Source: Candidatus Helarchaeota archaeon (GTDB taxonomy: Archaea; Asgardarchaeota; Lokiarchaeia; Helarchaeales; RDOG01). Taken from it: a stretch of 64,000 bases of DNA. Position numbers and translations under genes: made by a program. Location of the stretch: contig JAHPZH010000003.1 of NCBI GenBank assembly GCA_019058315.1, positions 364,451 to 428,450 of the forward strand, written 5' to 3'. This document shows positions 39,804 through 49,793 of this stretch, piece after piece (within the stretch, counting starts at the first letter, position 1; each line of letters begins with the position of its first letter). The notes beneath the pieces are model-generated. The model had not been told where the DNA came from, did no database searches, and saw only the letters and a list, made by a program, of their open reading frames with translations.

Positions 39804-41285
39804 ATGAAAGCTTGTTTTATTAATCCAGCACCTCGTTCATATATAGTTGAAAGAGGGCATGAGAAAACGGGAGCATATCCTCCTTTAGGTATTCTTTATA
39901 TTATGGCATACCTTAAAAAGGAGGGCTATGATTGTAAATTAATTGATCAGCACGCAACTAAAATCCCAACTGCTCGTGTTCTTGATCAAGTCAAGAAATA
40001 TGACCCCCAAGTAGTCGGTTTTAACAGTTTGACAGATATTAATATGGGACTACGAGCTTCATTTATCGCTAAAAAAATAAAGAATTGGAATCCAAATGTT
40101 AAGATTGTATTTGGAAATTGCCATGCGACCTTTAACCATGATAGAATATTAAAGAAATATTCATTCGTCGATATTTGTGTCAGGGGAGAGGGAGAATTAA
40201 CATTTTATGAATTAATTAGGGCTTTAGAAAAAAATAAAGACCTAAAAGATGTTCTTGGAATCACTTATCGAGATAATGGGAATATTCACATCAATCCAGA
40301 TCGACCTTTGATTAAGGACCTTGATTCCTTACCATTTCCTGATAGAAGAGCATGTGCGGATATAAAATATTCCCAGAATTATGGAGGTTTTAATGCTGAT
40401 TATGGTCGGTTTACAACAATTCAATCAAGTCGTGGTTGCACGTATAATTGTACTTTCTGTTGTCAAAGTAAAATATCTCAACGCAAATGGAGAACTAGAT
40501 CGATTTCACATGTTATTAAGGAATTGGAACAATTAAAAAGTGAGGGGTACACTAATCTATATTGGGTTGACGATAATTTTACAAATAATCCGCGAAGAGC
40601 AATAAAATTGTTTCGTGAAATGCAGAAACGTAGATTTAATTTTATTTGGGTCTGTGATCAAAGAGTAGACCTAGTTAGTAACCCATTGATTCATGAAATG
40701 AGAAAGGCAGGATGTCGCACTATGGCATTAGGCATTGAAAGTGCAAATCAAAGAATATTGGATTATTTAAATAAGGGAATTACCCCAAAGATCGCAATGG
40801 AGGCTTGTAGGAAAGTAAAAAGAATGGGGATAGACTTTATTATGGGATCATTTGTAATTGGTTTTCCTACTGAAACACTTGATGAGATTAAAAAAACCCT
40901 TTTCTTCGCACAAAAATTAGACATTGATATTCCACAATTTCATATTTTTGGAGCCATTCCTGGGACTTCAATTTGGGATAAATTAGTTCAGAATGGAAAA
41001 ATTGATCCCAATAAATATTGGGAGAACGGTGTTAAAACTTTAGTCCCTCCCTTAGAAATAGTTGAAAAAGAAATGCGGAGAGCGTATTTTAATTTTATTA
41101 AACGCCCAAAATATATTTTCGATCAATTTTTACGCACTATAGGAAGTCTACATAGAATAAAAATAATTTTTTCTAATAGAAAAGTTCTCGCAAGCTATAA
41201 AGATTCCAGAAGGTTTTTTGAATTTGCAACTGAAACTTGGACTCATGGAGTTTCTCCAAGTTCTACACAGAATTTAGAAAAATAA
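39804..41285 (+). CDS. Cobalamin-dependent radical SAM protein
   Basis: PPLGILY B12-binding N-terminus, GEGE, SRGCTYNCTFC, GIESANQRIL. Confidence 0.9.
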   Translation: MKACFINPAPRSYIVERGHEKTGAYPPLGILYIMAYLKKEGYDCKLIDQHATKIPTARVLDQVKKYDPQVVGFNSLTDINMGLRASFIAKKIKNWNPNVKIVFGNCHATFNHDRILKKYSFVDICVRGEGELTFYELIRALEKNKDLKDVLGITYRDNGNIHINPDRPLIKDLDSLPFPDRRACADIKYSQNYGGFNADYGRFTTIQSSRGCTYNCTFCCQSKISQRKWRTRSISHVIKELEQLKSEGYTNLYWVDDNFTNNPRRAIKLFREMQKRRFNFIWVCDQRVDLVSNPLIHEMRKAGCRTMALGIESANQRILDYLNKGITPKIAMEACRKVKRMGIDFIMGSFVIGFPTETLDEIKKTLFFAQKLDIDIPQFHIFGAIPGTSIWDKLVQNGKIDPNKYWENGVKTLVPPLEIVEKEMRRAYFNFIKRPKYIFDQFLRTIGSLHRIKIIFSNRKVLASYKDSRRFFEFATETWTHGVSPSSTQNLEK

Positions 41286-41308
41286 AACATTTTTAAAATT
41301 TTACTATT

Positions 41309-41992
41309 TCACTTTTTTCCTAATTCTTTCATTTCTCTATCTTCAAGCTTTTTTGAATATTTTTCCCAGACTTGATCTTCTCCTGGTTTTCTTTTCCAAA
41401 CTTTAAAATGACACGTTTCTGCCCCTTTTGGAATTAATTCAGTTACTTCAACATTCATGTTCAAAAAGTTTGAAAAATCAGCACCAGAATATCTTTCTTT
41501 TAATACATCTTGTAAAGAGCTGATAACACCTGCCATAAATCCAGATACTACCCATCTCTGTATTCTACAATCCCTTGCACTATAAATATCTTGATGTGGA
41601 CACCAAATAATATCAAAATAACCCTCATCTTTATTAACTAATTTCACGGAATCCGGAGAGGCGTAGATATTCCGGTTCATCCATGAAAGTATTTTCAACC
41701 ATGTTTCAACTTGATTTTTTTCATCAATTTTTTCTGGTAGAAGGGGTTTTAGATATTTACTGCTCTCTTGTCCTAATTTCATACCATAATCAAAAGATAC
41801 GTTTTTGCAGATTCTTTGTCCTTTTTTTCCGAATTTCTTTTCAACAGCCTTAATTGTATTTAAGAGAATTGTTGCCATTATCTGCCCCCATTTTAATACT
41901 GAAATAGGTTCAAATTCGGCGTCATCTTTAATATCCTTTAAAAATTTTTGTTCTATTTCAGTCAATTCTCTTGTTTGCTTGAATAATTTCAT
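41309..41992 (-). CDS. Hypothetical protein, V4R/ATC-hydrolase-like fold
   Basis: WCPHQ..DCRIQ..IPKGAETCHF Cys pattern. Confidence 0.5.
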   Translation of the reverse strand: MKLFKQTRELTEIEQKFLKDIKDDAEFEPISVLKWGQIMATILLNTIKAVEKKFGKKGQRICKNVSFDYGMKLGQESSKYLKPLLPEKIDEKNQVETWLKILSWMNRNIYASPDSVKLVNKDEGYFDIIWCPHQDIYSARDCRIQRWVVSGFMAGVISSLQDVLKERYSGADFSNFLNMNVEVTELIPKGAETCHFKVWKRKPGEDQVWEKYSKKLEDREMKELGKK

Positions 41993-42060
41993 AAATAATC
42001 TTTGTTCAGTTTGTTTTTATAACTTTTATGTTGAAATTAGATAATTGCAAAAAAATGAGT

Positions 42061-42564
42061 TTAATGGTCGACTTTTTTAACAATTTTTAAAGCCCAATCT
42101 TCTGCTTTTTTCAAATCTGATTCATCAGGATGACCTTCAGAAGTTTCTCGGACCCAATCAACCTTATCGGGGAATATTTTAGAAAATTCCTTTAAATGAT
42201 TATGTTTCCCTAGACAAGAGTAAGCGCCTAAAAAATTAAGGGAATAGTTATTGCAATAATATTCGGTTATATCAATAGCACCCTTGTAAAATTTTTCTAA
42301 TTGGACTCCATAAGTGATAAATAATGCGATATTTGGGTGGTAATCAGGAGGCATATTTTTAAAGAATTCTTTTACCTTTTTTGGTAAGGTATGAATGTGA
42401 ACAGGGCTTCCTAAGAAGATGGTGTCCCAATTTGTAATTTCTTTATAATTTATTTCATTGATTGTTTTTATTGCCTTTTCTATATCTGGTAAAACATAAA
42501 AAATTCTCTTTGCTACTTTTTCTGTATTACCAGTTTGTGAATAATAAACAACTAATGGTTTCAT
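42061..42564 (-). CDS. Flavodoxin-family protein
   Basis: YYSQTGNTEKVA, FLGSPVH, HPDESDLKKAEDW. Confidence 0.88.
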   Translation of the reverse strand: MKPLVVYYSQTGNTEKVAKRIFYVLPDIEKAIKTINEINYKEITNWDTIFLGSPVHIHTLPKKVKEFFKNMPPDYHPNIALFITYGVQLEKFYKGAIDITEYYCNNYSLNFLGAYSCLGKHNHLKEFSKIFPDKVDWVRETSEGHPDESDLKKAEDWALKIVKKVDH

Positions 42565-42716
42565 ATGTAGTCCCTTATCGCATTTAAAAAAATTTACAAA
42601 TTAATTATTGGTTAACCATAAATAATTTTTTGAATATGTAATAAATAATATATCAAAATTTTATAATTGGATCATGTAAAAGTTAAGTCTATATTAATTA
42701 TTTTGTTTGAATAATT

Positions 42717-43316
42717 TCATAAATTATTTTTATTCATTTTGTTTTTATCACCGTCTGCATCATTGATTGATTTACCCCTGCATGTTGGACACCATGAACC
42801 TATTTTAATATTATTAGGTATCGCTTCCCAAATATGTCCTTCCTCACATTGCCATTTTAATTTTGTTTGAGAATTGATATACATAGTTGATAGACATTTG
42901 CCACCTCTTTTCTCTGCTAATTTATGCATTTCTTCGATATTTAAAGGCACATTTCGTGCACAAACTGGGCACCAAGTGCCCCTTTTTATATTATCAGGTG
43001 TGGCTTCCCAGATATGTCCTTCCTTACATTGCCATTTTAATTTTGTTCGAGTATTGATATATATAGTTGATAGACATTTACCACCTTTCTCCTCCGCTAA
43101 TTTATTCATTTCTTCGATAGTCAGTGGTGCATTACCCGCACAAATTGGACACCAATGACCATCTTTAATATGTTTAGGTTTAGCTTCCCAAATATGTCCA
43201 TTTTCACATTCCCATTTTAAATTCGTTGATACATTGATATATTCAGTTGATAGACATTTACCACCCTTTTTTTCTGCCAAATTATTCATTTCTTCAATTG
43301 TTAATTTTCTTGTCAT
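42717..43316 (-). CDS. Protein of three tandem zinc-ribbon (treble-clef-like) repeats
   Basis: 3x GGKCLST.YIN..TKLKWQC.EGHIWEA.P.NIK.G.WCP.C. Confidence 0.85.
   Translation of the reverse strand: MTRKLTIEEMNNLAEKKGGKCLSTEYINVSTNLKWECENGHIWEAKPKHIKDGHWCPICAGNAPLTIEEMNKLAEEKGGKCLSTIYINTRTKLKWQCKEGHIWEATPDNIKRGTWCPVCARNVPLNIEEMHKLAEKRGGKCLSTMYINSQTKLKWQCEEGHIWEAIPNNIKIGSWCPTCRGKSINDADGDKNKMNKNNL
42775..43305 (-). repeat. Three 180-bp tandem coding repeats
   Basis: gcttccca(a/g)atatgtcc recurs at about 42823, 43003 and 43183. Confidence 0.9.
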
Positions 43317-43335
43317 TATAACATCTCATCAAATA

Positions 43336-44781
43336 CTAAGTTTTGATGGTTGTTTCTGATAAAATTTCAGCTAATTCCATAGCACTGTTTGCAGCAAGCT
43401 CAGTACCAATTCCATGACCTCCAGCCTCACAACCAACAATATATAGTCCTTTAATAGGCGTAATTTGTGATGGACGGCGTTCATGGATTTGTTTTACAGT
43501 CTGTGCAACTCCAATTATATTTCCACCTTCTCCAGCATATTGTTCTACCAGGGCAGGAGTGTCTGTTCGATACCACATGACATGCCCTTTAATTTCTGGA
43601 AGACATTCAATTAATGATTCCATACACCCTTCACCCCATCTCTCATATTCTTTTTGACTTAACCCAGGTCTACAACCTGACCCGAAAAATATTAGTTGTT
43701 TTCCTTTTGGGGCAAGTGCTGGATCAAAATTGCTTGGGCTTGTTATCATGCCTCCAAATTTTTCTGGAGGCTCTTTACCTCCCTTTTTAGGCATCATTTT
43801 GAATGATTCTTTAAATGGAACTGGAATATACATTACTAATTTCTGGTCAGTCACAACTTTATCCAAGGCAACCTTTATTGCCATACAATGGGTAGCATAC
43901 TTTAATTTTTTAACTCTTTCAATATAATCTGAAGGAAAATATTTCTCTCCTATTAAATTTAAAACAGTATTTTGGATATCCGCATTACTTATAATTAGAT
44001 CAGATTCGAAATGAGATCCATCTTCTAATTCTACTCCTTTGGCTTGTTCATCTTCAATTATAATCTTCGAAACCTTTGCATCCATTTGAACTTCCCCTCC
44101 ATATTTTTTTATTGCATCAGCATAAGCAGCAGGTATAGCAATGCAACCACCAATGGGATATGCAGATGATTTTGCCTTGGTAACTTGTTGAAAACATCGA
44201 ATAAATTCACCAGCTGAGGCGATGAATGGATCAACACAAAAATATTGCATACAAATTTGGCCTGCAAACATCAATAACATAGGATTTTTTGAATATTTTG
44301 ATACAAAATTTGCCAATTTGGTATAATATAAATCTTCTATTTGGTCCATAGGCATATTCATACAATCGGACCAAAATTTACTGCCAGCTTCTTTTTCTTT
44401 CTTTTTAGCATCTGAATTAACTTTTCCCTTTTTTTTACTACCAAGCATTCCGCTCATTGTATCGCGAGAATAGACCTTTCTTTCACCACAGTAGTTTAGA
44501 ATTGGACGTGGATTTCGAGCAATAACCCATTTTATCGCATTTGGCATTTCTATCATTCGACAGACATCACCAAGATAACCATTTTCTGCTACACCAAAAA
44601 GATGCACCCCGAGATCAATCTTAAATCCTTTGTGGTCATAAGTTGTGCAACGACCACCAATTATTTTATTTTTATCAAAAAGTTTAATCTTATATCCACT
44701 ATGAGCCAATAAAGCTCCAATTGCAGTGCCTCCAACTCCCCCACCCACAATTAAAGCATCATACTTATCAGTATTAGACAT
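43336..44781 (-). CDS. FAD-dependent oxidoreductase, phytoene desaturase family
   Basis: IVGGGVGG, GGRCTT, DLGVH, YPIGG, ISNAD, TPIKGLYIVG. Confidence 0.85.
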   Translation of the reverse strand: MSNTDKYDALIVGGGVGGTAIGALLAHSGYKIKLFDKNKIIGGRCTTYDHKGFKIDLGVHLFGVAENGYLGDVCRMIEMPNAIKWVIARNPRPILNYCGERKVYSRDTMSGMLGSKKKGKVNSDAKKKEKEAGSKFWSDCMNMPMDQIEDLYYTKLANFVSKYSKNPMLLMFAGQICMQYFCVDPFIASAGEFIRCFQQVTKAKSSAYPIGGCIAIPAAYADAIKKYGGEVQMDAKVSKIIIEDEQAKGVELEDGSHFESDLIISNADIQNTVLNLIGEKYFPSDYIERVKKLKYATHCMAIKVALDKVVTDQKLVMYIPVPFKESFKMMPKKGGKEPPEKFGGMITSPSNFDPALAPKGKQLIFFGSGCRPGLSQKEYERWGEGCMESLIECLPEIKGHVMWYRTDTPALVEQYAGEGGNIIGVAQTVKQIHERRPSQITPIKGLYIVGCEAGGHGIGTELAANSAMELAEILSETTIKT

Positions 44782-44831
44782 TTTTGTTCAACATGAAGTG
44801 AGTTTAAATTTCTTTGGGTAATAATACTTAA

Positions 44832-44942
44832 TTAATCTTCATCTTCTTCTAATTCTTCCTCTAACTCCTCAAGATCGTCTATAAGCTCCTTTAACTTTTT
44901 CTTTTCTTTCTTTTTTTTCTGAATTTTATCTACAAATCCCAC
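44832..44942 (-). CDS. Possible 36-aa basic/acidic peptide
   Basis: Manual: (GTG)GFVDKIQKKKKEKKKLKELIDDLEELEEELEEDED. Confidence 0.35.
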   Translation of the reverse strand: MGFVDKIQKKKKEKKKLKELIDDLEELEEELEEDED

Positions 44943-45224
44943 GATTTTTACGCCTTATATTTTTTAGAAGATTAATTATTTCTAATAATAAGATTTTTCT
45001 TAATAAGCTTAAGGTGGAATTTGTCAATAAAAGTTGTTTAAATCATTTAAAATAAAAATGAAGAATCATGAAATATATTATCATAATTTCACAACTTAGA
45101 ACGCTTCAAAGTAAAGTTAAGTTAATTTTACCAAAAATTTGAGATGTACTAATTCTAATTTACTTAATACTTTAAATAGTGCCTTTTTTCAATTATTTAT
45201 AAAGTAGATTAGAGGTTTTGTAAA

Positions 45225-45944
45225 TTGGCAGCATTTGGAACTTTATTCACTCCGATAATTTATATTCAATCAATTATGTGGTTTGGATTTATAGTAATTC
45301 TTAGTTATTTAGTTATTAAAAATAAGCTAACATATATTGAACAATTCAGAAGGAGATGGTTAATAGGATTAATCTTTTATTTAATTGCTGTATCAATCCA
45401 TATAATTTTTCATTATATCTTTCAATTTAGTGAACAATTTTACAATGTTTTAGATATGATTATTTTAATGGGTGCAGTGGTTGCTTTCTTATTGATTATT
45501 TCTGGACTTGTTGAATTAAGTAATTATCTATCCTCAATAATTGATCTGGAAGGGATAAAAAATCGAAGAAATACATTCATAATATCATTAATTCCATCAG
45601 CAGGCATTTTCATTTTGAATTTATTTATCAGAGGATTAATAATCGAGCAATTTTTTCTTTCGCTGGTTCTCTTGGTCACATCACTTTGTTATTTCTATGC
45701 TGCTATTTATTCTTATTATTTAGATCGAGAGTTGAAAATCATGAAAATTAATATGATGGTTTACTTTGCCACTGGATTTCTATTGAATGATGTTGACCAA
45801 TTCTTGACGATATTTTGGGGTTATATAGATCAGGGGCTTTATTGGGTTATTCACAATAGTTTTGCTATCATTATGGTTATATTTTTAGTTATTGGATATT
45901 TAAATTTTAAAAATCGAATACAAAACATCAATAAAATGATTTAA
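45225..45944 (+). CDS. Polytopic (about 7 TM) membrane protein
   Basis: Seven hydrophobic stretches; GAGG upstream of TTG. Confidence 0.7.
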   Translation: MAAFGTLFTPIIYIQSIMWFGFIVILSYLVIKNKLTYIEQFRRRWLIGLIFYLIAVSIHIIFHYIFQFSEQFYNVLDMIILMGAVVAFLLIISGLVELSNYLSSIIDLEGIKNRRNTFIISLIPSAGIFILNLFIRGLIIEQFFLSLVLLVTSLCYFYAAIYSYYLDRELKIMKINMMVYFATGFLLNDVDQFLTIFWGYIDQGLYWVIHNSFAIIMVIFLVIGYLNFKNRIQNINKMI

Positions 45945-46261
45945 TTAAATCATTTTTCATCCTGATGATACGAAAATATTTCTTGCATCGCTTCTCATAT
46001 CACTTCTTCGACCACAACAAATAGCAGCAAAGCAATTAGCTGAAAAACATCTTGAATAATTTATCAGGTGTTTATTGATAAGCTGAAATTTTCAGTTGGT
46101 AGACGTATTGTTGCTATTTGGAATTTTTGGATTTACTTATAATCAATTGTCGATTATTCATAAAATTTTTTTTGTGTTAGAAATTATTATAGTCACTCAA
46201 TTTGAAATTAAAAAACCAAAATATTCTAAAAAGAATAATAGATATGTTTTTACGATAAAAA

Positions 46262-46645
46262 ATGAAAAAAGAAATTATTAAAATCAAGGGAATTACTAAT
46301 CCATCTGATCCTTTTAATCATGTTATTAAAGCAGGTAATTTATTATTTCTTTCAAGTCAGTTATCTGCCGATTTAAAAAAGCAAAAAATCCTCAACGGAA
46401 ATATTCGCGAACAGACAAAACAGGCTTTAGAGAATATAAAATTCTTGCTAGAATCTTCTGGATCATCAATGGAAAATATAGTAAAAGTTAAGATATATAT
46501 GAGGAATATTAATGATTTTGACGAAATGAACAAGATATATAGTAAATATTTTGAAAAGGGTCAAGAACCTGCCAGAGTGACGATTCAAGCTGTATCTCCA
46601 ATTAAAAATATTGATATAGAAATCGAAGTAATTGCAGTCTTGTGA
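46262..46645 (+). CDS. ridA: RidA/YjgF/UK114 family imine deaminase
   Basis: AGNLLFLSSQ, EQTKQALENI, VKVKIY, PARVTI, IEIEVIA. Confidence 0.88.
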   Translation: MKKEIIKIKGITNPSDPFNHVIKAGNLLFLSSQLSADLKKQKILNGNIREQTKQALENIKFLLESSGSSMENIVKVKIYMRNINDFDEMNKIYSKYFEKGQEPARVTIQAVSPIKNIDIEIEVIAVL

Positions 46646-46777
46646 AATTCCCACTAAATTTGGATACAGATTTCTCTTCGAACTGAATTTTTAAGCTTTA
46701 ATGGTTGTTTTGCTTCGAAAACACCTTTTTATCACTAATTCTCTATGCTATTACCTATTTATTTTATATGATTTATT

Positions 46778-47338
46778 TTGGTTTTTATAATGAAGATGAT
46801 TGAGTTGAATAATAGTAAGAATAAGATTTTAGCTTCAACTTTAGTTAAAGATGCAAGCCAAAATACTTTATATAAACAAGCCAAAGAATATTTAATTTAT
46901 CAAATATATCTTGCAGCCGAATACATTTACGATAATTCTGGTATGGATGCAGTGAGAGATTATTTTAATTTCAATCAAAATCAGTATATTAACTTAAAAA
47001 TGAGTAATTTTTATAAAATAATTGGAGGAGTAATTAAAAAGCTTCCTAAAAGTTTAAAATTGAAAGAAGGCTTGAAAATGATGGTTGATCAATTCCAATT
47101 TATAGAACCCCCTAAAAATATTGCAATTGTTAAAAACAATAAATATGGAGCAATATTTGAAGTTATTAAATGCAGTTTAAGAAAAGAATTTAATAAATTA
47201 GCTAAAAAATCAAATAAATTGGAATTAATCGATAAATGCTGTTTATGGTGTATGGCAACTATTAGTTATGCCAAAGAAAATGGTTTTGATTATCAAATAG
47301 AATTGACTAAGAAAGGTTGTTTGAATTATCTAAAATGA
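46778..47338 (+). CDS. Hypothetical protein (V4R-like Cys pattern)
   Basis: KCSLRK..CCLWC..KGC. Confidence 0.5.
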   Translation: MVFIMKMIELNNSKNKILASTLVKDASQNTLYKQAKEYLIYQIYLAAEYIYDNSGMDAVRDYFNFNQNQYINLKMSNFYKIIGGVIKKLPKSLKLKEGLKMMVDQFQFIEPPKNIAIVKNNKYGAIFEVIKCSLRKEFNKLAKKSNKLELIDKCCLWCMATISYAKENGFDYQIELTKKGCLNYLK

Positions 47339-47352
47339 ATTTATTTTAATAG

Positions 47353-48114
47353 CTATTTATTTTGCATTATGTAAAATACATAACCATAATAATCTGAATA
47401 TTTTCTAAAAAGATCTATTTCCTTCTGTGTTGAATCTAAAAGTTTGTTTATTTCAGAGGCTTTTTCATATTTTTTTCGTAAAAATTTTACTCTTTTTTCA
47501 AGAGGAATATAATAATTTTCCCACCAAGCAGATTTTGGTAGAATGAAATGGTTAATTAATAGATATCCTAAACTATCTATAACTTCGATATTTTGCTTAA
47601 TTGACTGCATAGCAGGATATTCAGCCTGAAAAAAATTTCTAGCTTCTTCCGGACGATCTTTTCTTAGCCAAGATAATTCGGAGACGACTACATAACCTTT
47701 TGGTTTTAAGAATTGTTTTATTTCTTTTAAGCCTTTTTCAAAACCTATAATATAAATTGATCCCTCAGCCCAGATTATATCAAAAATGTTATCTTCGAAA
47801 TCCATTGAGAGCATTGAACTTTTAATAGTCGTAATTCTTTCGAAAACCCCCTCTTTTTTTGCTTTTTTATTTAATCTATCTAAAAATTCTTGATTTATAT
47901 CTAAAGCTTGAATATTGCCTTCCGAAATTTTTGCTAGCTCTACTGTCTGTGCTCCTGATCCGCAACCTAAATCTAGAATTTTAGGATTAAAGGGTAAGTT
48001 TTTTAATAAAGAATAAGCTTTACGTGTAGATTCACTATCACCAGGTCCTTCTCGAGGTAGATTCTCAAAAATTTCAAATAATATTTCTAATTCTTTCGAA
48101 TTAATTCGAGACAC
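47353..48114 (-). CDS. Class I SAM-dependent methyltransferase
   Basis: LPREGPG, ILDLGCGSG, FDIIWAEGS, YGYVFYI. Confidence 0.9.
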   Translation of the reverse strand: MSRINSKELEILFEIFENLPREGPGDSESTRKAYSLLKNLPFNPKILDLGCGSGAQTVELAKISEGNIQALDINQEFLDRLNKKAKKEGVFERITTIKSSMLSMDFEDNIFDIIWAEGSIYIIGFEKGLKEIKQFLKPKGYVVVSELSWLRKDRPEEARNFFQAEYPAMQSIKQNIEVIDSLGYLLINHFILPKSAWWENYYIPLEKRVKFLRKKYEKASEINKLLDSTQKEIDLFRKYSDYYGYVFYIMQNK

Positions 48115-48161
48115 CTAAGGGTAATAATTTCTAATAAATTAGGTCGAATTAGAATTTTTAA

Positions 48162-48668
48162 TCAATCGCTTTCTCGCGTATCGTCTTTTGATTCATCATC
48201 TGACTCTTCTTCTTCGGCCTCTTCTTCTTTTAAAGATTTATAAAAAGAAAATTGAGCCATTTTTTTAGCCTTGTTGATAGTTTCATAAGAATCTAAAATC
48301 CTCATATATGTCTCTCTTTCGCGAAGAATACCTTCAGACATCAAGTATGCAGCCGCAGATGAACGTGAAGGGGCAAGTTCCAACTCTACAAGAGCATCCA
48401 AGATTTTGGAAGTCTTTTCATCTATTCTTGCCATAACATTGGTCGTTCTATTTTTAAGACCGAATTTGGGTTGACTGAAAGCAGATTTTAATTCTTTAGT
48501 AATTTCATCATAGATCCCTTTTTTTTCTTCAGAATATTTGGATGTATCTATATCAGTGGATTCGGTTATTATTTCTTCCAAAGGTTCAATTCCCTCAAAT
48601 TCCTTTTTCAGTTTTTCCAGCTTAGACAAACTACCCTTTTTTTTTGGTTTTACCATTGTATCACTCAA
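48162..48668 (-). CDS. Hypothetical protein with RHH-like segment and acidic tail
   Basis: NVMARIDEKTSKILDALVELELAPSRSSAAAYLMSEG. Confidence 0.6.
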   Translation of the reverse strand: MSDTMVKPKKKGSLSKLEKLKKEFEGIEPLEEIITESTDIDTSKYSEEKKGIYDEITKELKSAFSQPKFGLKNRTTNVMARIDEKTSKILDALVELELAPSRSSAAAYLMSEGILRERETYMRILDSYETINKAKKMAQFSFYKSLKEEEAEEEESDDESKDDTRESD

Positions 48669-48822
48669 GTTATAATATTAAAAAATTACACTTAAATAAT
48701 ATTACTTTTTGTCAATATTAATATCATTACACAATTCCATATATTTAAATAGTAAGATGTAATAAATAAAGTAAGTTGATAAGTATTACATCTTACAAAA
48801 AAAAGAGGTTGAAAATAAAAAA

Positions 48823-49356
48823 ATGTCAAGTTTAGTTTTGAATAAAAATGAAACAGATAAAGATGTTTTAAAGAATGTTGCGAATTTTTTTTATGAATCA
48901 ATTAATTCTTTTAAGAGTACATTAAATGAATTATCTGTTTCGATTGAAAATTTTTTAAATTCTTTAGAAAATATTGAAGCACAACTTAATGAACACGGTT
49001 TTGACTATCCAGAAAATTCCTCAAACCTATTATATGAGAGATTAACAAAAAATAAAACCGAACGTGTGGAAAGACAAAAAGAATTTATTTCAAAATTAAC
49101 AGAAGGATTCAACCCTACCCAAGGGGAGACTAACATTTCACAAACTGAAACCATAAAAGAAACTGAACAATTAACTCCTCCACCATCAATTGAATCAATG
49201 CTTAATAAAAATCAATTTAATGACAGGCCTAAACCTCCGATAATTATTGAGCATGAAAAACCAGAATTAACAAAACCTCCGGTATTATCTGAAAACTTAA
49301 AGAAAGAAATGTTAGATAATATAAAAAAAATCAAGAAAATGATGAGAAATCAGTAA
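48823..49356 (+). CDS. Coiled-coil plus Pro-rich hypothetical protein
   Basis: N-terminal heptads, PPP/KPP segments, C-terminal amphipathic helix. Confidence 0.6.
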   Translation: MSSLVLNKNETDKDVLKNVANFFYESINSFKSTLNELSVSIENFLNSLENIEAQLNEHGFDYPENSSNLLYERLTKNKTERVERQKEFISKLTEGFNPTQGETNISQTETIKETEQLTPPPSIESMLNKNQFNDRPKPPIIIEHEKPELTKPPVLSENLKKEMLDNIKKIKKMMRNQ

Positions 49357-49369
49357 CGGGAGGAATCTA

Positions 49370-49594
49370 ATGGAAAATAGCAAGGAAATTGAAATTCCAT
49401 TTAAAAAATCTAATAAAAATTGGAGAACTAAGAAAAGTATACTAAAAGATGGAATAAAAATTCTTGTAAAAAGTTATTTTATTTACGATAAAATCCAGAA
49501 AAACCTCATTTTTACTGAGGAGGATGAACAAGAGTTTATGAACTCAATCGAATTAAATAATAAAACTAAAAAGGCGTATATAAATGCCAAGTAA
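49370..49594 (+). CDS. Hypothetical protein
   Basis: GGAGG SD; tightly packed with neighbours. Confidence 0.6.
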   Translation: MENSKEIEIPFKKSNKNWRTKKSILKDGIKILVKSYFIYDKIQKNLIFTEEDEQEFMNSIELNNKTKKAYINAK

Positions 49595-49793
49595 TGTTGT
49601 GATAGAAGTGGGAGAAACCACTGAAACAGGGAGAAATGGAAAGGATCTCCCAGTCGTAACTAATAAAGTGGGTCAATTTCTAGACTGGTTTGTTAAATCT
49701 CACAAACTTTTAGAATCCATAATCCATGATGCAGGTTTTCTACCTTATAGTTACGAATATTATTTAAAAATTAAAATGGAGGCGAAAATCTAA
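49584..49793 (+). CDS. Hypothetical protein
   Basis: Overlaps the upstream stop and abuts the downstream ATG. Confidence 0.55.
   Translation: MPSNVVIEVGETTETGRNGKDLPVVTNKVGQFLDWFVKSHKLLESIIHDAGFLPYSYEYYLKIKMEAKI

Noticed and set aside
45945-46281. Short frames, including the 61-aa ORF at 46096, as genes or a transposon scar
   Set aside because: No recognisable motif, inverted repeats or ribosome-binding site.
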